The notes below the pieces were generated by a model, which did no database searches, was not told where the DNA came from, and was given only the letters and a program-made list of their open reading frames with translations. 38,311 nt of DNA from Folioceros fuciformis (lineage: Eukaryota). This document shows positions 29,130 to 38,311 of the stretch, piece by piece. Each line of letters begins with the position of its first letter. Position 1 is the first letter of the stretch. Location: assembly GCA_049999805.1 (NCBI GenBank), contig JBNGIO010005629.1:1-38311 (forward strand). Direction: 5' to 3'. The translations under genes were made by a program, and so were the position numbers.

Positions 29130-32100
29130 ATGGACAGCACTGATTCTAGCTGACCTCGCTTACCACCAAATGATGCGCCCCGTACTACTTACTACCAAAG
29201 CGTGATACCTGTCATGGATTTTGACTTGCCAACGGACTGTCCATTCTCGATAGAAGTACCATGGCTTGGCTCATTTCGAGAATGTCATCTCACGTGGCAA
29301 AAGTTGCTGTACAAGCATTCTTTAGCTCCAGGACAAATAAAGGAGACTAGAATCGCCCACATTCCTTGGGAAAGAGTGCAAGATTTTGTGGCGGGAATGG
29401 ATAGCCAGCATGAAGCACCGACAAATTTTGCTCGTCTTTGGACAAAAGGGCCCAGCCAATTACCACAACCAAGTCAGCCCAAAGCAGATTCTCTTATCTC
29501 AGTAGTCAGGTACATTGGTTTCAGATTGCTTCTTTCAATTCGTTTTCAAATGTCACATGATGCCTTCACAACCTCACTTTTCATAGTAGTAGAGTTTGCT
29601 CCACTACACTCTATTCTTATCAAATCATATACCAAACTTTTTGCCTTAATGAGCCGAATTAAACCGTATGCTATGTGTCCAATGCTGAGCACATTTGAGC
29701 AAGATGCTGCAAGAAAAGGTTTTTCTCACATCCTGACTTTGGGTGTTCATTTCTTTCTCTAGTCTTCATTGATTGTTGCATGCTATATATCATTCTGTTG
29801 TCCTCAGTAACACAAATAGAATTATGTGTTTTGTGTGCGTTTTAGATCACAATTGAGCAGGATACTGCAAGAAAAGGTTTTTCTCACATCTTGACTTCGG
29901 GTATCCATTTCTTTCTCCAATCTTCACTGATTGTTTCATATTATATATCATTCTGTTTTCCTCAACAACACAAACAGAATGATGTGTTTTGTGTGCGTTT
30001 TAGAGCACATTTAGGGTGGATGCTGCAAGAAACGTTTTTCTTCACGTCCTTACTTTGGGTGTTCAGTTCTTTCTCCAGTCTTCGCTAATTGTTGCATGTT
30101 GTATACCATTCTGTTTCATTTACAAAGGCAAACAGAATGATGTGTTTTGTGTGCGTTTTGGAGCACATTTGATCAAGATGCTGCAATGCAAAGGTTTTTT
30201 CACATCCTCACTTTGGGTGTTCAGTTCTTTCTCCAGTCTTCACTAATTCGTGCATGCTGTATACCATTCTGTTTCCCTTAGCAAGGCAAACAGAATGATG
30301 TGTTTTTTGTGCATTTTGGACTACATTTGGTTAGGATGCTGCAATGCAAATGTTTATTCACATCCTGACTTTGGGTGTTCATTGCTTTCTTCCGTCTTCA
30401 CTAATTGTTGCAAGCTGTATACCATTCTGTTTCCCTTAGCAAGGCAAACAGAATGATGTATTTTTTGTGCGTTTTGGAGTACATTTGATCAAGTTGCTGC
30501 AATGCAAAGGTTTTTTCACATCCTCACTTTGGGTGTTCAGTTCTTTCTCCAGTCTTCACTAATTATTGCACGCTGTATACCATTCTGTTTCCCTTAGCAA
30601 GGCAAACAGAATGATGTGTTTTTTGTGCGTTTTGGAGTACATTTGGTTAGGATGTTGCAATGTAAAGGTTTTTTCACATCCTGACTTTGGGTGTTCATTG
30701 CTTTCTCCAGTCTTCACTAATTGTTGCATGCTATATACCATTCTGTTTGGCTCAGCAAGAAAATCAATTTGGTGTATATTTTGTTTGGTTTTAATATGTT
30801 TTGAGGAGGATGCTGATAGAAAGGCCTGCTTTATATTCTACCTTCTAGTTGCTCTTACATAATCATGGACTCCACAAATTGGTTGCCTTCTCACTTCTCG
30901 TGGATTGTCCAGGTATTGGTGTGCCTACGGGCCTGAAGATTATCGATTGACCACAGCAACTGGTGCTCAGGATTTGCCTATGCATTCTCCACAAACTAAG
31001 AGGCGGTCACGATTGAAAGCTAGAGAAAGCATCAAACATGGGTGTCAAGCTAGCTTCACTGTGAAAAGGTTGTTCTTGTGGCCATCTGTTGCTCAGATTT
31101 TGCTTTTTGAGATTAGACATAGCGATATCAAGGGTCAAGTGTGTCACGGCCCTAGTTATGCAGGCATAGTAAGAGATATAAGAGTGCTACATTTGTCAAC
31201 CGAGAAGAGAGCTTGGGTGAGGCATTGTCTATATTGCAATGTATCAGTTGATGAGATTTTGCGTCGTCATCAGCAGGCTGTTATAGCTAAGTGTTGTCCG
31301 TCTACTTTATCAAATCATGAAGTTCCCTATGTAAAGGTAAGAGATGACTTCCTTTCACGGGACAATGTTTATAATATAGCCAGGGAGGTGGAGAAGATAC
31401 AATGGAGGTATCATGCCGATGATAACCTTAGTGTGGGAATGTGGATGAATTTACATGCAGGGTATGTGTTCCATACATCTAGTGAAGGAGAATCTTTTTG
31501 CCTCGGCTTACAAACTTCTTTCATGTTGGAAACTTGTGTCCGACATGGGCACAATAGTTTGCTTGCAATGGACTCCTCTTTTGGGGTAAACAGGTACAAG
31601 TATCAATTATTTACTGTCATGGTATTTGACCAACACCAGAATGGGATTCCTATTGCCTGGGCTCTCACACAAGAGGCAACTACAAGAGCATTAGTTCCAT
31701 GGCTTACGGCATTTCGCACAAGAGTTCTACAAGCAGCTCCACATTGGTTGCCTAGTGCCTTCTTGATTGATGATTGTGCCGCTGAAATAGGTGCTTTACG
31801 AGAAGTTTGGTCACGTGATGTGCCAGTCTATTTATGTTTGTGGCACGTTCGCCGTGCTTGGCTACGCAATCTGCTGAAGAAGGTGAAGAAAGTGCACGAT
31901 AGGCAAGCTATGTGGGCTGAGTTAGGACAAATTATGTATGTTCAAGGGGGCCAGACAAGGGAGGACTCCATTGCTATAGACAGAGAACTTCTCCAAGCAT
32001 TTTACAACAAGTGGAGCCAAGCACAACTGCAATTTGTGGATTACATTCAGCACACTTGGGAAGGCCAGCTAGGTGAGTGTGTTTTGTAAGCTTTCAGCAA

Positions 32101-33090
32101 AAAGTGTACAACATGGTGTTTGTGAACAACATCAAATGTGCTCATTTCAAATGATTTGCCTTGTTTCTAGATATGTTTATGAAGGCAGCTCGCACCATGC
32201 CTCATGCTGGACTGGATTGTGCCTCCTCTATTGAAGCTTGGCATAGATTCTTGAAGGAGAGGTTAGCTAACTCAAAAGTTGGCATTCATGCTCGTCGAGT
32301 TGATTGGTTGCTGCATCAATTATGTTTTGTAGTTGCTCCTCATTTTTGGTACCAAAATCATTGCAAGGAGGGGGGTTACATTGTCAATACTAAGCAAGAA
32401 CAGTTGCACAAACATGCAGTAGCAGGTGCAAATGATATCCTTGATGATATGGTGACCCTTCCTGTGGTGCCTTACGGTGTGGCTAAGTGTATGCCTGTAG
32501 CAAATCCTTGGAAGCCAGCTTATGTGGTCACTGATCCAATGTCTATGTGGGCAACTTGCAGCTGTCCACAAGGACAACAAGGTTTTTTATGTAAGCACGT
32601 TGTGAAAGTTCAACAGATGCTTGGAGTGTTTAGTCATACGTCAGCTCTTAGTCGCAAGTTTGCAGTTAGTAACGGAAAGGAAGGGGAGGAAGTGGACACA
32701 ACCTTACGGTTAAATTGGCTTCACTATACACATCACGATGAGACTACCTTCCCAGCTTCATTGGATGAGTATTCTACCCCAAACGTACTACCTCCAGTAG
32801 AATGTCATAAGCCTAGATATCAAGAATTGAAGGAAAAGAAGCTAGTGAGTGTGGAACAAGGGTGCAAAGACATTTGGGATTGTGTGTACATGCACGATGG
32901 TATTGTGTTTGAGGCTGATGTCCTTGTGCAGAATACTTTGTTGGCTGTGAAGCAGCTCATAGCCCAAATGCAAGAGACTGGAGGACAGCCGGAATGCAGG
33001 TCATTACAACCTTTTACACCAATTGAAGGACCAAGCATTGCAACTAGGTTGAGACCTTTCTTTTCCCCTCCCAAGGGGAAAAGGAAGTAA
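29130..33090 (+). mobile_element. Mutator-like (MULE) DDE transposase with SWIM zinc finger; exons 29130(or 29214)-29509, 30913-32072, 32171-33090
   Basis: GT-AG junctions join in frame (VVR|YWCAYGPEDYR; GQL|DMF). Motifs: MDSSFGVNRYKYQLFTVMVFD (D1), FLIDDCAAE (D2), CLWH, SIEAWHRFLK (E), SWIM CSCPQGQQGFLCKH and a C-terminal basic PPKGKRK. There is an in-frame TGA at 29151 after ATG 29130. Confidence 0.85.
29687..30830. repeat. ~158-bp tandem satellite, about 7 copies, inside intron 1 of the MULE gene
   Basis: gagcacatttg...gatgctgcaa anchors at about 29687, 29845, 30003, 30162, 30320, 30477 and 30635. Confidence 0.92.
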
Positions 33091-33546
33091 ATCACTTGGA
33101 ATGTAGGAGGTGGCAAAGAGAATGCATAGAGGCCAATGGTAGATAATTACATGCCTTGTTTTCCAGGACAATGGCAGGGTTGCACGCCCTGGTTTTTCTC
33201 TGTGAACGAGCACCTTGGCTTCCATGTTTTTGTTGCTTTGTGAATTTAGTTTTCATTCACTATAGTGCCTTGTTGCCTCCATGAGCTTTTTACTTTACTT
33301 GCAACCTTCATATCCATGGAGCTCAAGCTCCTGCAGCCTTCCAATCCATGGGCCTTAGATTCCTGCAGCCTATAAATCCATGTGAGAAAAACCTCCTGCA
33401 ATTTTAAGTCCATGGGGCTCCGGAGTGCAATGGCAAATCCATGGCAAACCTTGTATGCTCACGAACGCAGACACACACTTCGCTTGTCTCTGCCCGTGGA
33501 AGACGAGAGGCGAGACTTGGTTCTCTTCGTGGAAGAAGAAGAAGCG

Positions 33547-34114
33547 GGACTTGGTTCCAACCAGGCGCACGTCAATATTTCATTGAAGATAATACGCATA
33601 TTCGTATACGTATATTGTGTGTAGTGTAATAGTGTGCGCTGTAGAACAAGGACAGTAGTTCGCTCGTGATCTGCATTGGCAGCTCGTTTTTTCGCGGCGA
33701 TAACCCACTGCTTGCAAGTGCCGCTTTATTTCACCGGTTGCCGGTGCCCTGCAAAACCATACGTAGATGCTAACCGTATCCCTATGCACAAGCCATGGGA
33801 TGTCATACATGAAGCATGGCACGGCTGCACGTAAAAATCAGGTGGCCAGGTCTGGGCCCCACCGATCCACTCGTGGAGCACTGCCATGCCTGATGTATTA
33901 CATCCCTTGGCTTGTGCATTGAGCATGTACGTATAGTTTCGCTGCGCACCGGCAACCGGTGAAATATGTAGAGCGGCACGGGCAAGCCGTGGGTTACCGC
34001 CGCGAAAAACGGGCTGGCAATGCAGATCATGAGCGAACTACCGTCCTTCGTCTACAGCGCAAACTATTATATCTTAAATAAAATATTCACTTGCGCATGT
34101 GTGGAACCAAGTCC
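33547..34114. repeat. Long imperfect inverted repeat (foldback, MITE-like): arms 33547-33831 and 33872-34114, 40-nt loop
   Basis: Arms pair throughout: ggacttggttcca/tggaaccaagtcc, taatagtgtgcgctgtag/ctacagcgcaaactatta, tttcaccggttgccggtgc/gcaccggcaaccggtgaaa, tgcacaagccatgggatgt/acatcccttggcttgtgca. Confidence 0.9.
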
Positions 34115-35722
34115 AGGGCTTGGGCTTGGTGTAGGCACGCGGTGAAGTAGTCCACCGGCTTCGGCTTGTATTAGGGCTTCTTCTCCTCTTGCTTCTTGGG
34201 CTTACTGTATCCGTAGGCATGGCCCTTCCCCGGCTTGTGGACTCCACAAAGTTGAAGTCCCCACAAGTTTTACCTTCAGCCTATCGGGGCAGGTTCTGCC
34301 ACAAGCCACGCTGTTCGGCGGGTGAAGACGGGGCCGGAACATCACAGAAGCCGAGCAGCCCCACAGAGTAGCGCCAGATATAACCTATTGGGAAGTACCC
34401 TCTACGAGATTGCCCTTGGTTTTTTCTACAAGGATTGGTGGACACCAAGCGCCAAGCTCTCCTTCGAACCCCATTCCATGCTGCCCAAAGAGAGGAACCA
34501 GGTTGTTACGGGAGACCACATTGATCATAACGTGGCTAGCAAAGCTTACAACTTATGAACTTCAGCTGCTTGTACAAACTTCTGCACTTCCCGTTGGTGC
34601 TTGGAAACAAGCCGATGTGAAAAATAAGGACGGGCGTTTCGGTTTTCGTGACTACAAAAACTTTGTAGTGACGAATAGCGCCCGGGGACATTTAAGCTCC
34701 TGGTGCAACTACGACGCGTGCACCATTCCTGCAAGGTTTTAATGCCAACTCGTAGATGGTAACAAGATGAACAGCGCGCGCGACTGCGCACTCGGGCAAT
34801 GCCTCTTCATTTTATTCCCCTGCTGCACTTCCACAACATTCCAGAGCGATGCTGCAATTGGGCTGTGACTCCTTCCCTTCCCGTGCTGCACTACACAAGA
34901 CACCGTGCCCGAATCCAGGTGTTGTGGGCCCCGCCACCACGCAGGACGCACACATGTCATTGCGTGAAAGGTGGAAGGTTGCTTACCATCTTGGAGGAGG
35001 ATGGGAGGCCAAGGTCACAGCATGCCACCTTTCCTTCCATGGGAAGAGTACAAGAAGGATCCTGGCTACCGCATTTTCAATCTTGTCTTTATCATCTCAA
35101 GAACTCCAACACTCCCAATCTCTTACTTCTTCTTCAACAGAATGAACAAAGCTGCAAACGAGGGGCGGCCGATTGCTGTTGCGTCGGAACAAGTATTATT
35201 TCCAAGTACAGCGCGGCCGTCCTTTGTGTGTCTGTTTGTTGCTATCTGTGACCCCTTCAACTCAAGAACTTGGCGGGCATAAAAAGTACCACCACGAAAT
35301 TTTCATACCGAGCACACCAAGCATCCTCATCACTCGCTCGTTATTCATCCAACGGGTTCTGGGAGACGGCGTGCAATGCCATGTTTCGTCGGGGAGGTGG
35401 AGGCCGTTCACATTGTGGAACTTGTTACAAACAAACAAAAAAAGATATTTGTTTATTCGAAGGCCAGCAAGGAGCGAGATGCCGACACGGTTCTTGGTAA
35501 CTTCCTCCGGCATCGCTCGTGGCGGAAGTGGGAAATATCTGAGAGTACAAAGGCGGATGTGGCCTCAGCAGGTGTGACCAATGTGATAGCTTGTCTAATC
35601 CGCACTCTTCAGCCTTGAGCTCGTGGCGGATGGTCATGCTCTTCACGAGTTGACGTGAATGCAAGAATTTCCTTGTCTGGTTTTGATAGAAGAGTCTGAT
35701 TGTAAGGCTTGATTGAGTAAGC

Positions 35723-37586
35723 ATGGCCGTGGCCGTGGCAGCAGCAGAGGCAGAGGTAGGGCCAACTTATGGACTCAGTCAGGCGCCAGGGCCAGCTTTG
35801 ATTGTGGCGGCAGCCTTGATGGGATTGCTGTCCGTGATCCTCTACACAGCAAGGAGGGAGCCGGGAAAGGATGCTGGAAGATTAAAGCTTCCTCCAGGGC
35901 CTCGGAATCTTCCACTCATCGGATCAATGCACCTGCTTTCCGACCCCCTGACTCTGGCTTTCGAGGATCTGGCCCGAAAGCACGGCCCGCTCATGTATAT
36001 GCGGCTGGGCGCCACGGACTGCATCGTCGTGTCCGATGCCGACACAGCCAAGGCCTTCACCACAACGCACGACGCGCAGTTCGCGTCCAGGCCGTACACA
36101 ACCGTGGGAAAAGTTGCCGGCTTCGACTTCAACAATGTGGCCACCGCGCCACAGAGCCCCCGCCTTCAGCGGCTGCGGAAGCTCATTGTCGTGGAGCTCA
36201 TGTCTGCGGAGAGACTCGCTAGCTTCGACAACATTCTGGCGGAAGAGATTGCTGCGTGTGTCACCAGGATGTGGGACGTGCATACCAAAGCGCAACGTGT
36301 TGCGTTCCGGCGGGAGCTCAAGGATTGCACAGCCAAGATCATCTACCGAATCTTGTTCGGGGTGCAGTCTGAGGTGGCGGGGGAAAAAATAGAGGCCTTC
36401 GGCGAGGCCATGGAGGGTATCAACAAGACCGCCGGGAGGCTGGACCCCGGCCAGTTCTTCCCTGCTATTCGCTGGCTGGATCTGATGGGAGTGGAGCGTG
36501 ACTTGAAGGAGGACATGCGTGTCATTGAGGGCTTCCTCCAGGCAGCGATCGATGACAGACGCGCTACTGCCATTGCCGACAAGCAGCGCACCATTGCGGA
36601 CATTTTGCTGTCGCAGCATCAGGCGGGCCAAATCTCGGCTCTCGAGCTCATAGCTGTCATTTTTGTTAAGTATCCTTTTTTTTATTCCGAACCATGACAT
36701 TCGCTCAACTGGTGTTTGGCGTTGCACTAGCTGAATGCGTGGACTCTGAGCTCTGAACCAACATTTGCTTTGAGCTGCTCGCGGTTGCAGGACATCTACG
36801 CTGGGGCGGTGGAGTCTACGTCTGCAGTCGTGGAGTGGGGGATCGCGGCGCTGCTCAACAAACCGCACCTGCTCAAGCGAGCTCGCGAAGAATTAGACCT
36901 CGCGGTTGGGAAACACCGTCGTGTTGAAGAGAGTGACATCGCCAATCTCCCCTTCCTGCAGGCAAAGTCACCACGCTGTCAAATGGACTCCATTAGTTCC
37001 CGATGCACAAACCCATTCCGCACTTTTCTCCTTGCGAATCGGCACCCTTCCGCTTGTTCACCATCTCATTAGGGTTTGCCTGACGGCTAATGATGCGCAG
37101 GCCGTGGTGAAGGAGACGCTGCGTCTGTACCCTCCCTTTCCTGTCACCTTCCCGCACTACAACGAAGAGGCAGCGGTTGTGAAAGGATATTACATCCCAG
37201 CCAAGAGTGCCGTCTTCTTCAACCTCCCCGTCATCGGCAGGGACGCCGGGAAATGGGAGAGACCCGACGAGTTCGAGCCCGACCGCTTTCTCAACACCAA
37301 CATCAACGTCCTGGGCGCACACCATCAGGTGATCCCATTTGGGGCGGGGAGAAGGATGTGTCCTGGAACACCCTTGGGAATTGCCACCACTGTGAGAGCT
37401 CTGGCCAGCATCTTGCACGCGCTGGACTTCCAGCTGGTAGGAGCAGATGGCATCATTCAAGCTGCTGGAACACAGGCGGAAGGGGCTATTGACATGGCCA
37501 TTGCCAAGGGGCTGGGAGGGTACATGAGGACACCAGTGCCTGCAGTGCCACTTCCCAGGCTTCCCGTCAACGTTTACCGGACCTGA
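35723..37586 (+). CDS. Cytochrome P450, CYP71 clan (A-type); exons 35723-36664, 36791-36961, 37101-37586
   Basis: N-terminal transmembrane segment, LPPGP hinge, FASRP, I-helix DIYAGAVESTS, KETLR (ExxR), FEPDRF and heme motif PFGAGRRMCPG. Both introns are phase 0. Confidence 0.93.
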
Positions 37587-37965
37587 CACCAGACCAACCG
37601 CAGAGGACCCATCCACACCCCCACCTTGCTATCTTGGGTGTCTCGTCCACTGTGTAAGTTGCCGGAGGTTACAAATCGGCGGAAGGATCTAGGAGATTGA
37701 AAGAACTAACACATGCGTTGGACAGATACCAGAGGATATATCATAATTTAAAAAAATATTTTTATTATGTTATTATTTTGATGTGTCATTATTGTTTGGA
37801 CTAAGGCCGGGTTTACACTATGACCGGGCTGTCAGTTCGTGGCACTGCTCACCACTGCTCACCACAGATTATGACCCTGACACATGGTGACAAGGATTTT
37901 ATAGAGATGTGGTTGTAACTTGTCCAGTCGAACTCTATTTTCTGACATCCTGTTCCCGGCATCAC

Positions 37966-38311
37966 GGTTCGCGGTGAGGTATTTACATCTCATCTTTGCA
38001 GCACATCTTTATATTAAACTTGTTATAATTTCGTAATTACGAGTTGTGAACCAGCTTACCACTCAACCGTGCTCGTCCCCGCCACCTTTAGGTTCGCGGT
38101 GAGGTCTTTACATCTCATCTTTGCAGCACATCTTTATAGTAAACTTGTTATAATTTCGTAATTACGAGTTGTGAACCAGCTTACCACTCAACCGTGCTCG
38201 TCCCCGCCACCTTTAGGTTCGCGGTGAGGTCTTTACATCTCATCTTTGCAGCACATCTTTATAGTAAACTTGTTATAATTTCGTAATTACGAGTTGTGAA
38301 CCAGCTTACCA
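37966..38311. repeat. 125-bp tandem repeat, about 2.8 copies, running off the window end
   Basis: ggttcgcggtgaggt anchors at 37966, 38091 and 38216; copies are near identical. Confidence 0.93.

Noticed and set aside
29891-30862. Hydrophobic ORFs inside the MULE gene
   Set aside because: They are translations of the intronic 158-bp satellite.
34140-35700. Several 60-150 aa ORFs between the foldback and the P450
   Set aside because: No recognisable domain or consistent exon structure; a decayed gene cannot be excluded without a search.
35924-37616. Long minus-strand ORFs (314 aa and 207 aa)
   Set aside because: They are antisense to GC-rich P450 exons and have no recognisable motifs.

Overview
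Eukaryotic plant nuclear DNA, most likely a hornwort (Anthoceros-like), judged from DYW deaminase domains ending in the GRP variant. Positions 534-28018 hold a tandem cluster of six intronless PLS-class PPR genes for organellar RNA editing. Five end in the variant DYW:KP domain (KPAVAGIEV, HAEKLA, CSDC, terminal GRP/SRP/GRA), the class associated with U-to-C editing. One ends in a truncated WW-type PG box. Two of the genes are split only by 100-N scaffold gaps. The most striking observation is a ~53-aa N-terminal module (ELLWRQFFLDPxMWWDNRRxKxSxRSPDFRxKGSGEVLWLxxLxKPxWVDEQL) ahead of the PPR array in all five KP genes. By eye it matches the PDF ssDNA-binding motif of plant organellar OSB proteins. 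It is intact in some paralogs and eroded in others. The right part of the window holds a three-exon MULE/SWIM transposase-like gene with a 158-bp satellite in its first intron, a ~570-bp foldback, a three-exon CYP71-clan P450 with a probable GC-AG intron, and several minisatellites. All homology calls are from visual motif recognition, not database searches.
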